NCBI RefSeq assembly: GCF_001194135.2
Contig: NC_068992.1
Location: 37,609,768 to 37,673,767, forward strand
Source of the DNA: Octopus bimaculoides
Lineage: Eukaryota
DNA: 64,000 bases
Direction of reading: 5' to 3'
Shown here piece by piece: positions 35,945 to 48,814 of this stretch. Position 1 is the stretch's first letter. Each line of letters opens with the position of its first letter. Made by a program: the position numbers and the translations under genes. Under the pieces are notes generated by a model. That model was not told the DNA's origin. It ran no database searches and was given only the letters and a program-made list of their open reading frames with translations.

Positions 35945-37205
35945 AGAATTCGCTGAGCAAAGATTTTGGATTTGACTGAATTATATAATATGGATGATTG
36001 GAGCGGCGGTGGAGGTAAATGTGGGATGATATGGGCTTGATAAGTAACTCTGTCACTATTCTGCCCCCAAAAAACTTTACTTTTGTGTTCAAAAATTCAA
36101 CACTAGTTTTTGAAAAACTAGGCGTAAATTTTATGTTGGACTTAAAGCCATAGTTTTTAGCATAACAGTCACAGAAATGTAAGAAGTCAATTAAACTATC
36201 CTGTGATCCTTCCCAGACAAAAAAAGACATCATCAGTGAACTGTAACCAGTGTATTGGTTCATGACCATGAAGGGATTTGAATGTCTTCAGTAACTGTGT
36301 CTCAAATTTCATCATGAAGACATTAGCGAAATTAACTGCTATGGGGATACCCATGGCACAACCCCTCATCTGGTGGTAAAATTTTTGTCCAAATTTCATT
36401 GTGTTACTTTGTAACACAAACTTCAATAACCTACAGAGAAAATTTGATGGAATACTTTTGTCTGACCGCTTTTCAAAGGCATTCATGCATGTGTCTACCC
36501 CTTCATCATGGTCAATATTGGGATATAAGGAAGAAAGATCCATGGTTACCAAAAATCAGTTTTCGATATGTGCTCAAAAAAGTTGTTGATTTTGGACACA
36601 AAATCAAAAGTATCTCAAATATAGGAACTCGATCTTTTTGCAACAGGGAGTAGAAAGCCATCCAGCCATTCCAAAATCTTGGCTGTACAACATTCATATC
36701 TGCTGTAAATTGGGCACATTGGAGGAAATCTTTTGAACTTTCTGTGTATTTTAGGGAGACCATAAAATACAAGTGTTCTTTCTGACAGTAAAATCCTTGA
36801 TTTAGCTTTATTAATGAAATTCTTTTCCTCCATTTCCAGAAAAGTTCTTCTCTGTAGTTGGGGTTTGGATCAACAGGTAATTCTTTATATGAAGTTTTGT
36901 CTCTCAAAACTTCTTTGCAAGTTGAAATATACTCACTTTTGTCCATAATTACAATAGCACCTTCCTTATCTGCCATTTTAATAACAATAGAATCGTTATT
37001 AGCTAGATGTCGGAGTGCACAGTGTTGGGAATTTGTGAACTTATTCCAGGACTTCTTTCCACTTGTTTTAAGGCTTTCCCTAATGCCTGTCTGACAAGTT
37101 TCAAGAAATTCCAGTAGAGCTTGTGCACATCCATCCCGAACTTTATCTGGATACCAATTGGGATTCTTTTCAATCTAATTATGCCAGATTCAATCATCAT
37201 CATTT
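35945..37205 (-). mobile_element. Penelope-like reverse transcriptase remnant
   Basis: MADKEGAIVIMDK, FYGLPKIHR, TMDLSSLYPNIDH, GCAMG, FANVFM, FTDDVFF, EFLNT, YLHRRSNHP. Confidence 0.92.
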
Positions 37206-37244
37206 TTATTTTCAGTAAGCACAGGGTTTTCTAACTCCTTGTTA

Positions 37245-38100
37245 CCAGTATGTTGCAGTAAAATGTCCTCGTTTCAAACAGATATTTCCTCAGCCACATA
37301 TTGTAGCCTTTAGTCAGAATAAAAATACAAGAGATCTATTGACTTCTATTTCTGACTCCAAGAAAACTAGCATTGGAGTATCTGCATGCTGTACTTTGAA
37401 AAACAGCTGCAAGAGAGGTAAGCCCTGTTCCTTGTGCAACAACATGAGTCAAGTGAATTCCATCAGGAATCATAACAGAAATGTTATGATCTATACAGAA
37501 GGTGAGACATGTAGAGATTCCCATTTCATGTATGTGGTAGAATGCATGAAACACAACTTGATTTATGTTGGTAGTACAACAGAACAATTAAACAAAAGTT
37601 TCAATGGGTACAGATTTGACATTAGGCACAATAACAGTAGTTCAACAGAACTTGCCAAACATTTTGTTTCAAATGGCTGCAATTTTGTAAAAGACTTGAA
37701 AGTGCATATTCTCAGAAAATATTCTGAACACTGCTTCCCTTTCAATACTTAAAATGCATGAGGAGAAATATGTTTGTGGGTTATTAACATCACACCATGG
37801 AGGAATGAATAAAACGACAGGAGAGTATTATCAAATTTATACAAAACTGTTTGATTGAATGTTCTTTTTCCTTTCCTTTTTTTCTCACTTTTTTCTGTCT
37901 TTTTTTTTTTGCCTGTTATAAAATTGAAACTTAAAAACTGATGATGTCATTCCATCTACATGTGGATGCTGGATGCTCTCATTTATACTTTAGATTTGAA
38001 TTTTTATCACTTTTTAGTTTGAAGTCGACAAAGACAGGCTTGCTGTCAAAATATTGTTCAACCAATAAAATATCTATTGCAATCACATCACGCTCTTCAT
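37245..38100 (+). mobile_element. Penelope-like linker, GIY-YIG endonuclease and pseudo-LTR
   Basis: IFPQPHIVAFSQNKNTRDLL, CSLC, YVVECMKHNLIYVGST, RFDI..ELAKHF; degenerate hammerhead at 38019-38060. Confidence 0.88.
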
Positions 38101-40014
38101 CTTGTCTATCCTCGTCTTCATCATCATCGTCGTCATCGTCATCATTATTATTACCATTATCATTATTATTATTATTATTATTTCCAAATTCAATTTCCAC
38201 TGTTGAAAAATGTTAAATGTAGTGATATCCTATTAAGCAAGAGATTTATCTCTAATATAATTAAAGCGAGTTTGAATATTCGGTCTATTAATCTATGGAC
38301 TAAGAAAATTTGAGCTCAACATTCTGCTAAGTTTTAAACATTAGATTATTAGAACAGTATGTGACAACATAAATTACTTTTATGCTTTACCTTTGATAGT
38401 TATGTTCATCATTAGTATTGCTATGATTGGCACATTAATGTCTGTTTTCCATACCAACATATTTCATCCATGAGGATGAAATTTGAGTTCTGACTTTGCC
38501 ACTATTTTTTATATCCCTGCCTTCATCTGTTATTTTCAATTCATTTTTGGTACACTGCACTTCTACTCCAGTACTCAATATCAGTTTATGCCACATGACC
38601 ACACAAGCAGTGTCATCTCTCCTGCAAATATTGGCCAATACCTTTAATAATCAGCTGCTCATACAGTCCCTTATATCTTACTAATTTCTCTGCAGCCTCA
38701 TTAAGTCTTTAATATTTAGTGACTCTATCTGACTACCTCGTAGTATCACACTTCTGACAAATACATTCTGTCTTTTGCACAGCGAAAAAAAACATTTGTT
38801 GTCAACAGAGTTAACATTGTCCCAAACTTCTTTTACTATTTCTCACTCTAGCTACTGCACTGTCTATACAATCGCCTCCACCCCTAATTAGTCCTGCTAC
38901 ATGAGCTAATGAGTAGGTTTCTGTATATTTTCTTGGGTGATACAAACAACAGCTAAGTTTGCCTTAAATCATACAAGGTGGTCCTGGGTGAAATGCCTTT
39001 CATAATAATAGGATTGCCCAATCAGAGGTGATTTACAGTTAACCATCAACAACATTAGACCACTAAGATCACAGAAACTTATTGTGAGTCATTTGAGCAA
39101 CTCAAGAAAGTTACTCCTGATTAAATATTTCTGAGTATTTATTACATTTGAAGTTCTGGTTCTTAACCAGTTTTGCAGGGACCCTGCAGAATCAATGTCC
39201 TCATTTTTTCTGCTGATTACAGAGGATTGAGTTCCTAATTATTTCTTTTCTCATAAGAAAATAAGAACACTTTTCAGTTGATTTGGGATTTTGTGTTCTC
39301 TGATATTATGTAAAACTTTGATCTTCACAGTAACTTTGAGAATTAGAACATATACTCATGTTGAGGTTTGGAACTTTTCTGAAGCTCTTTGACAGATTTT
39401 ATAATCAAAATAAGATATCAGTTTGTAAAAGTCCCCAGGACAGTAAATCTTGAATTCTGAGATATTGTCACAAGAACTATACTGATTTGTGAGAGAATGA
39501 GGATAGACTACAGAGTGGGAACGTTAAGCAGTGATAAGTGAAATTGCAGTGTTATTATCAGTCCAAATATGCTTGATGCACATTCGAACTGGGGAACAAG
39601 CTACTCATTGCGTTTTGTCATAGAAAATATATCCTGCTTGTTGACAAATAGTGTGTATACATGTGGATCAGCTCAGACTGATAATAACATTGCAATGAGG
39701 ATAGAGTATGAGCAAACACCTATCTGTACATTAAACTATTCACTGAACTTGCTGCTGCACAACATTGAACATGGCTTGACTATATAAATTATGTGAGAAG
39801 TGTTGATACTAGAAAAATATTTATAGCTTTATTTGATAAGGAAGAGTGGCAGGCACTCTATGATTTCATAGCCATACATCTATCACTTGCTTGAGGACCA
39901 AGGTCACCTAGTAGGTGATAGATGCATGGCTTGAGACCAGTGGATGACCTGTTCTTTTGTATGGCTTGAGTCCCGTGGAAGATCATGTTAGTGTTTATGT
40001 CTTATTTTATTCAT

Positions 40015-40385
40015 TGAATCAATGTTGCTGAAGGCTCCATTATGCTGGACTGGCTACATTGTACAGCAAGCTTAGGCAGAACTCATGCAAATAAAGAAAG
40101 CCTAAACTGAGATACAAGGACATGCTGAAAAGTAACCTCAAATGGAGTGGCATTACTTTACTTGAAGCCTATGCCACAGTCAGGTCAGTGTTGAGGTTTC
40201 TCATCTCACGAGCAGCAGCTGCATTCAAAGATGCCCAGTGACAGCATCTCACTGCTGCAAGAAACAGATATCACAGCACAGTGTCCACCTCAATCCAGTC
40301 AAAAGACTATCACTGTGATATCTGTGGACACCTGTGTGCTTCTAGCTTTGGATTGTTCTCATCATTGAGAACACAGTATTTGTCA
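40015..40385 (+). mobile_element. RTE C-terminal remnant with one C2H2 finger
   Basis: KPKLRYKDMLKSNLK; DYHCDICGHLCASSFGLFSHH*EH. Confidence 0.7.
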
Positions 40386-40429
40386 TCATTTGACATCAAT
40401 GGACTACTAACATATAAGTGGAGGTAGAA

Positions 40430-40570
40430 GTATGGCTGTGTTTTTAAGAAATCTACTTCTCGACTATATAATTTCAGGTACAATACTTCTGAGTGACACC
40501 TTGGAAAAGTGTCTTCTATCATTGATTTAGGTTGACCAAACCTTTACAAGTGAAATTTTTGAGATAAAAA
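40430..40570 (+). mobile_element. Degenerate CORE-type SINE 5' half
   Basis: gtatggctgtg..gacaccttggaaaagtgtcttcta..gaccaaaccttt. Confidence 0.6.
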
Positions 40571-41744
40571 CTGGATGAATTGTTTCTCTTTTTGGAAGCT
40601 AAATTTAATTTTTGCTTAGGTTAACACTACCGCCTTTGGGAACTTTTGATTGATACCATTCTGCTGCAAGTATTTAGTCCAGATCCCTGGTCTTTCAAAA
40701 ATTTCCATCCTTCCTGCCACTGGTCTAAGAAGATCAATGCTGATTTCTTTCTATGATAAAGACAAATGCATACAAGCACATACATATGCATACATAACAC
40801 TTCCCCCCCCCACACACACACACACATACATACATAAAAAGACTAAATATGTATGTTTAAATACAATTGTAGAATTAAAAACAAGCTGAAAGGAAAAATT
40901 ACCCAAGCTGTGAAAACTTTAAATTTAATTCTGACAAAATTTTGTTGAAACTTTTGAAGAAGATCTTTGTCTATTCTGAAAAACAAATACAAATATCAGT
41001 GAATAGACAAAATCATCATGGCTAAATGTATAAGTCTCCTTCAACAAAATCAGGATTACAATCACTGCGTGCAATAAAGCTACGATCTTAACAAAGATTT
41101 ATGTGAAGCATATATACAATCTAACCCCAGTGAAGTCTAAAAAATTTGTGGAACTCTTAACATACAGAATTAGATGTTTTCCCCCAAAACATTTAAATGG
41201 ACAAGCAAAATGTACCATTACATGTAAACTGGTATATCTAATGGAAATGTCTGATTCAAAGCAGGCTGACACTACAAAGTCAGCCATTGAAGACAATTAT
41301 TCCACTTCCACTAATAAACAGACAGAATGATCAGCTAAGTCTAGCAGTAAACAATGCACCAGCAATTTAGCTGAAACCAATACTGATACAATACTAACAG
41401 GAGAACACCAAAGACTTGTGGATAACTTACAAGTAATCTGAGGTGATATGTTTCAACAGGCTCACAACCTTAAATTGAATGACAGATCATACAACACCAG
41501 TATAAGTAAAGAACCCAATAAATAAAATTAAAGGCAGTAAACAAAATAGCAAACAAATATCTAAAGACCACAGAGTCCAGAGGTATGAAAACAACCTATG
41601 AAACCATTAACCTTTTGACATATGTCTCAGCTATTACATTACTAGTGTCTCACAAAGAGCTATGCAATCAAAATTTATGCAGAAAGCCTGAAACAGCATG
41701 GGCACATAGCTTAAAAAATAAAATTTTATTCTAGTGAAAAAGTT

Positions 41745-41818
41745 ATCTCTTAAAGCCCAACCCCTCGTCCTCATCGTGAGAGATGGAAACAGGTAAAGCT
41801 GGTGAAGTTGAATGGGCT
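41745..41818 (+). ncRNA. Degenerate HDV-like ribozyme at the RTE 5' end
   Basis: P1 ATCTCTT/GAGAGAT; P3-L3 TCG-TCCTCAT-CGT; GG (P1.1); P4 CAG/CTG; J4/2 GTGAA with the catalytic C position as T; imperfect P2 AGCCCA..C / G..TGGGCT. Confidence 0.5.
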
Positions 41819-44800
41819 AATCACCCGTGCAATGGATTTTCAAATTGATTACGAAAATACTGATAGTTGACATGTCTTGTCGTATTAATTTACCAACCGA
41901 AGGTTTCCAGAGTCAAAGGTGTTTTATGACACCAAATAGTCAAAGCCCTAGGGAAGCTAGTTGGTCAATACTGCTTTCAACAAAGGATTCCACGAGGTTT
42001 GGTGCGTGGAATGTGTGAAAATATTAGCAAAGAAATGGACAATCACAAATTGGAAATTTTGGGTTTGTGTGAAACTAGGTGGATTGATAATGGACAAACT
42101 AAGCTAGCTTCAGGAAAAACAATTATATATTCAGGGCACAATTATGATAAGGCGCATCACACAAGGGGAGTAGCTCTGATGCTGACTAAGAAAGCGGTTA
42201 AAGCATTAATAGAATGGCAACCAATAAATGAAAGATTGATACTAGCAAAGTTTAGAATGTCTCATAAGCGGATTTTCTTAACAATCATTATGTGTTACGC
42301 CCCAACAAATGATGCTGAAGAATTAGCAAAAGTTGAATTTTATGATACTCTGCAGAGCGTAATTGAAAAACGGACTGAGAAAGAGTTGATAATGGTTATG
42401 GGTGATTTCAATGCAAAAGTCAGAAACATTAATTTAGGATATGAAGCCATTATGGGAAAACATGGTTTAGGAAGCATGAATGCAAATGGCCAGTTATTTG
42501 CCGATTTTTGCATAAATAATGAGCTGGTCATTGGAGGAACCTTATTTCCGCACAAAGACCTTCACAAAGCTACATGGATATCGCCAGATCTGAAAACGCA
42601 AAATCAGATCGATCACATCTGTGTAAGCTGCAAGTTTTGGAGATCACTGTTAGATGTTAGGGTAAAAAGACGGGCTGGCGCAGCCTCCGACCACCACCTA
42701 CAACTGAAGTTAAGGTCTTTAAAAGAGGAATGGAAGGTTCAACGAAAATACAATGTTGATTTACTAAAACACAAAGACACCCAAATAAAATACAGAAAAG
42801 CATTATCATGCAAATCAATGCAAATAAAAAGGATGCAAGGTAACACAATAGAACATACTTGGTTGAAAATTAAGGATGCTTTTATTTCATTATTAGAAGA
42901 ATGCATAGGGTGTGTAAACAGAAAGAATAAGGCGTGGATATCACAAGAGACACTAACAGCCATAAGAAAGAAGCTAAAGGAAATATTATTATCGGCAAGC
43001 TCAGAAGTAGAGATAAATAGATGTCAGGGAAATTACAACCAACAAAATAAGAAAGTTAAAAAAACAATTAAGAAGAGACAAACGAAAATATTTCAAAAAT
43101 TTAGCAACGACAGCAGAAAGTGCAGCTAAGCGCCAGAACATGAAAGAGCTGTACAACACAACTAAATTACTATCCAGGAAGAGAGTAAGAGTAGAAAAGG
43201 CAGTAAAAGAGAAGGATGGCTGGATGCTAACATCAATTCTAGAACAAAAAAAATCGATGGAAGGAGCATTTTGAAGATTTTCTCAATAGACCACCTCCAG
43301 ACACAATAGCCAACATTGTGCCAAGAAATTTGGATCTTAACATCAGCCTTGACCCACCGTCCAAGTTTGAAATAAGAAAGGCTATACAATCCCTCAAGAA
43401 TAGGAAAGCGGAAGGTGTAGACAATATTCCAGCTGAAGCAATGAAATCAGCTATAGAAATAGCAGTAGAAATGTTTCATCCATTATTTTCTAAGATATGG
43501 CAGGAAGAAAATGTGCCTAATGATTGGAAAGAGGGACTCATCATAAAATTGCCAAAAAAGGGTGATTTAAGCGTTTGCGGAAATTATAGAGGGATTATGT
43601 TATTATCGACTCCCGGAAAAGTTTTTAACAGGATACTTTTGGAGCAGATGAGGACAGCAGTCGACAAATTGTTGCGTAAAGAACAAGCCGGATTTAGGAA
43701 GAACCGTTCATGTGNNNNNNNNNNNNNNNNNNNNNNNNNNNNNNNNNNNNNNNNNNNNNNNNNNNNNNNNNNNNNNNNNNNNNNNNNNNNNNNNNNNNNN
43801 NNNNNNNNNNNNNNNNNNNNNNNNNNNNNNNNNNNNNNNNNNNNNNNNNNNNNNNNNNNNNNNNNNNNNNNNNNNNNNNNNNNNNNNNNNNNNNNNNNNN
43901 NNNNNNNNNNNNNNNNNNNNNNNNNNNNNNNNNNNNNNNNNNNNNNNNNNNNNNNNNNNNNNNNNNNNNNNNNNNNNNNNNNNNNNNNNNNNNNNNNNNN
44001 NNNNNNNNNNNNNNNNNNNNNNNNNNNNNNNNNNNNNNNNNNNNNNNNNNNNNNNNNNNNNNNNNNNNNNNNNNNNNNNNNNNNNNNNNNNNNNNNNNNN
44101 NNNNNNNNNNNNNNNNNNNNNNNNNNNNNNNNNNNNNNNNNNNNNNNNNNNNNNNNNNNNNNNNNNNNNNNNNNNNNNNNNNNNNNNNNNNNNNNNNNNN
44201 NNNNNNNNNNNNNNNNNNNNNNNNNNNNNNNNNNNNNNNNNNNNNNNNNNNNNNNNNNNNNNNNNNNNNNNNNNNNNNNNNNNNNNNNNNNNNNNNNNNN
44301 NNNNNNNNNNNNNNNNNNNNNNNNNNNNNNNNNNNNNNNNNNNNNNNNNNNNNNNNNNNNNNNNNNNNNNNNNNNNNNNNNNNNNNNNNNNNNNNNNNNN
44401 NNNNNNNNNNNNNNNNNNNNNNNNNNNNNNNNNNNNNNNNNNNNNNNNNNNNNNNNNNNNNNNNNNAATAAGAATTTTTAACAATAACGTAAAAGCGGTG
44501 TTATTGTATGGGGCTGAGACATGGCGAACAACAGTTAAATCAAATAAGCAAATACAATCATTCATCAACAAGTGCTTGCGTAGTATACTTAAAATCAGAT
44601 GGCCCGAACACATAAACAATATGGAGCTATGGCAAAGAATGAATCAAGTTTCGATTAGGGAGCAAATATTTAAGAAAAAGTGGAAGTGGATTGGTAGCAC
44701 AATTAGAAAGGACACACCAAATGCAGCGAAAAGTGCTTTACAGTGGAATCCGGATGGATATAGAAAGAGGTGTAGGCCTAAGAACTCGTGGCATAGATCA

Positions 44801-44931
44801 ATACAAAAGGAACTAGAGAAAGGGGGACATTCATGGCAGAGTATAAGTACAGAAGCGAAAAATTATGTGACATGGAATTCAATTATAAGTGGCCTATACT
44901 CCGCGATGGAGGTTAAAGGCAAGAAAGAAAA
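41750..44931 (+). mobile_element. Relatively intact full-length RTE LINE with target-site duplication (central assembly gap)
   Basis: TSD gaaaaagttatctc (41736-49) / gaaaaagtatctc (44932-44). FGAWNV, LGLCETRW, GDFNAKV, NQIDHI, GNYRGIMLL, EQAGFR, LLYGAETW; AAG-rich tail. Few frameshifts. Confidence 0.93.
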
Positions 44932-46799
44932 GAAAAAGTATCTCACAGATCACTGTAGTTATATAATGTAACACAGGGAACAACTTCACACATCATCAAG
45001 AAGATTTCAGGAAAAAACTAGAGAAGCAATTTGGTGACAAGATTCAAAAATCTGAAACAGCAACTCACACCTAGAGCTGAAAAAACTAAAATATGAATCT
45101 ACAACATATAAATGGCAAATGCTCGATAAATCATTTGCCAGAGATCCCAAAGACAGCCTATTGCAGCTTCAATGCAAAAGGCTCAATCTCTGTAAAAGAC
45201 CTCACACACACACAAAATTAGGTTGAGGGTTACAAGAGATCTGTATAGGAAACAAATGAAGAATTCAACAAACAAGCTGTGTGGCTAAAAGAACTGGAGC
45301 AGGACTACTGCAAGCATGTCCAGCAACAATAAAGTGAAATAGATGGTGAAATACTGGAAACAGTTCCACGAAAAATGTCAAACAGAAAATCCATGAGTCC
45401 AGACCTCATAACAAGTTACTGGCTGAAGAATTTCATCTGTTATGATGAGATCTTATACAGTTGTATGGAGAAAGTATCAAGCACACACAAGAACTGTCCC
45501 AATGGTTACCAACTGCAACTAATCTTCTCATCCCCACAAATAGCCAAGCTATCCTTACTAAAAATTACTACCTACCAGAACATCAGGTACAAATGGTACA
45601 CTGTGTGCTTCAATCTGTTCGTGCAGAATCATTGTGCCACCAACAACATTATAACATCTGAGCAAGCTGAAAGAAAATGCAGATGTGGGGATGTATAGAG
45701 CTATTAATAAACAAAATGATCCAGGAAGGAAGAGAAAAATACCACAGGAACTTAACTGTAGTGTGGTCGACTACCAGAAGGCTTTTGATAGTATATCACA
45801 AGGGCTTTACAATTAGCCAAAGTCCCACAGCCACTAATAACTGCTATAGAATACCTGACCAAGACTTGGTATACCACTTTGCTTCTTAGGAGTGATAAGG
45901 AACAAATTGAGTCTTATAGCATTCACTACTAAAAAGACATTTTTCAGAGTGATAGCCTGTCAGTGCTGTGCTACATCCTCTCATTAAAGCTATTTTCATA
46001 CCAGCTCACCAAACACAGTGGCCATAGAAATGGATCCAGAAATGTCTCCCATCATCTCTTTGTCAATAACCTGAAACTGTATGGGCCAAATATCAACCAC
46101 ATATAAAAAAACAATCGGACCTCATTACCTAATTTTCTACAGACATTGGAATGAAATTTGATTAGTTCAAATGTGCATTTTTGACAATAAAATGTGAAAA
46201 AGTTGTGCCAAGAAATGAACAGCTTGACAATATAATCTCTACACTCAGGTAACAATTATAGGTATCTTGGACAGGATGAGAATGTCAGATATGATGAACC
46301 CCATAAATAAAGTGAGGGGTCCAAGAATAAATACATACGGAGAGTAAAGAGAATATGGTCATTAGAACTCTCAGCTTTCTCACAACACTTTTGTAGTGCC
46401 AGTCCTCATACCTATGGTTGGCCTTCTGAATTGGTCATTACAAGAACTCGGTGAAGTAGATGTTCAAATTTGCATGCTGTTCATTGTTACAGGAAACTTC
46501 ACCATCAACCGAGATGCACAAGGATGGTGCTCATGGTCTCAAATCTGTATTAATGTTATATGAAGCACATATTTTGACACTGAAACATCTGCATCAGTAA
46601 CTATCTTGCCCCAGTATCTCATCACCATCTTTCTGAACCAGTTCAACAACAATGACATCATTCCCAAAGGCTGTGCAAGCCTTTTGATTACAGTAAAATT
46701 ACTACAACCTCATAGTTCAAAACATAAGTGCAAAGGGAGAAGATGGTGAGCCATAGATTGCATGCAGTAGGTGATACAGAGATTTTGAATTTGCTAGTA

Positions 46800-47620
46800 G
46801 ATGTCTGAATTTCACAGGCTTTTTTACACCACCACATCTTTTACTGTACCTTAACTTTGCACTCTTTGAAATTTTTCTCTAGGCTACACCATTCACATCC
46901 CAGCACAGTACAAGACAGCAATTTGTGAAGTACCACTTCCCTTTTCTTCCAACAACTTTGTTTTCTTTGGATTAGTCCTGGTTTTTTCTTTCAATAAATC
47001 CAAATGTAGAAGAAGCAGCTTCATAGAGCTGTTTATTAAAGCTTACGTGTGGATCACCATTGTGATTTAGATTGATCACTAGAAGTGCTTCATGGTACTG
47101 TTCAAGCTTTTCAGGGTAGTTTAATTTAGAAACATCAATTTGTTTAGGTGCCTTTTACTGTCACATCCCAGCTTCTTACAGATGAATCCAACTCCACATG
47201 CACGAGAAAGATTTTATATCTCATTGGTCTTTTCTACAGACAATTACATAATTGAGAAAGCGCTAGTAACCTGAACATGGAAACGCCCAAGCAGCACTAT
47301 ATTCCTCCTTTTGCCTGAACCAGGTATTTGTTATCCCTAACTCTAACTCCTGGCACAGCTGTAACAGGAGTATCTCATTTGCTGCATTTCACTTCCCCAT
47401 TCCGTGACTTCTTATGCTACTCCAAAGTTCAGAACCATGTCCCACACAGGCATTTAGATCCATCAGAAGTACAAGTTTGTCATTCTTATCAACATTTCTC
47501 AGAATTGTTCTCAGATGACCATAAAAGCTGTTTATGTCATCCTGGAAACTAAAAAGAGTTGACACATAAACACTAATCATTGTCAAAAATTATTTTGAGT
47601 TGAGTGGCAACTGTCATGTC
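46800..47620 (-). mobile_element. RTE endonuclease/linker fragment
   Basis: ISVYVSTL..FYGHLR..KLVLLMDLNACVG..HGMGK; GFIERKNQD. Confidence 0.75.
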
Positions 47621-48399
47621 ATTATATGTGCAGAGAAACCTTGAGGAAGTTCAGTTAAATGCTACACTAAGTGCATTTTAACATCAAAATAGACACCAAC
47701 ATTTTGATGTAGATTGTCTGATCTCTCCCTTGTAAAATAATATGTAGCTTGACTCTGGCTCTTCTAACTGGCTATCATTAGAAAGCCTCATTCTGAGAGT
47801 GCAACTACATCGAGAGTTATATCAAGAAAATTCCCTATATATAAAAGTGGTAGAGTGCTCAGAATGACTGGTTGCTGGCAAGTCTAAAAGAGCACTTATT
47901 TTTCCAGCATGCAATCTTTTAAGATTTGATATTTTCAATGATGTCATTTGTCCAAAATTTGATACAAAGGTTTGTAGATCATTTGTATTTTTCCCACATG
48001 ATTGAACAACTGCTAGCCATGGTGTGCTGGCCAGTTTAGTAGTGGCAAGCTTCGTTTAGAGACCAACTTTTCTAGGTCTATCTTGTCAGCAGGTGAGAAG
48101 TGCTATCCCTGAAAAGGGTTGCTTAGTCACTCTGTGTACTGTTGAATCTCTCTATCACCACTTTTGAAGATGAAGTGACCAATATCCCAATTTGCCTACA
48201 AGCAGGTTAGCAATTACATACTCCCAGCTTGTTAGACTTGTATGCATCACAAAGCTCCCATTACTGCAAAGCATTTTGTACATCTATGTGTTGTTTCAAG
48301 AATCCAAGAAGTTCCTGTGTGTGAATTTATTTTAAGTGAATAAAGTGTTGCACAGTACTGAACCCACTTTTCAGGACAACCAACTATAACACCAGTGGC

Positions 48400-48693
48400 A
48401 CAAAAGAGGTTGAGCTGACCAGAAAACCAACTGCACTTCAGGTTTTTTTATATGAGTTTCCCTTCTCCTAAAAGGTAGTTCTAATGAGAATTAGGCATCC
48501 TTCACTTCCAGTGATCAGGAGAGTTCATTCATTCTGTGACAAGTTTTGTTTTACATCCTACAGGATCAACAAATATTGCGATTTTTACCAAGTAGGTTTA
48601 GTAGGGTTGCCATTTTAATCACCAACCATGCACTAACTGTGCAATAGGTTGTACTAACTTACATGATACCTGTAGTACTAAGAGTGACCTGAC
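48400..48693 (-). mobile_element. RTE 5' leader/UTR fragment
   Basis: Reverse-complement similarity to 53406-53512 and 60973-61100. Confidence 0.6.
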
Positions 48694-48814
48694 ATGCATG
48701 CATGCATACATACATACATATGTATGCATGTATGTATGTATGCATGTACGTATGTATGTATATACATACATACAAACATACATATGTACATATATATGTA
48801 TGCTGCCAAGGGTA

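Larger units (their letters stand above)
40990..46700 (+). mobile_element. Decayed R4/Dong-clade non-LTR retrotransposon, interrupted by an RTE insertion
   Basis: DLNKDLCEAY, MSPDLITSYWLK, IELLINK, DY.KAFDS, FQSDSLS, DNLKLYG, YRYLGQDE. The frame EKVISQIT resumes across the insertion. Confidence 0.8.

Noticed and set aside
35832-36269. Apparent in-frame PLE-RT/RTE-RT fusion ORF
   Set aside because: Continuity seems to depend on a 1-nt deletion near PKSL(A)QRI, and both partners are riddled with stops. It is an insertion junction, not a gene.
38435-38641. Open minus-strand frame VLANICRRDD..KYV with a possible donor
   Set aside because: Weak acceptor, phase incompatible with the 52-bp exon, and no recognisable homology.
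40264-40336. 13-bp inverted repeat ACAGATATCACAG/CTGTGATATCTGT
   Set aside because: It lies in ordinary RTE C-terminal coding sequence, with no independent support for a structure.
43710-44481. Long ORFs made of X (also at 55-63 kb)
   Set aside because: These are artefacts of N gaps.
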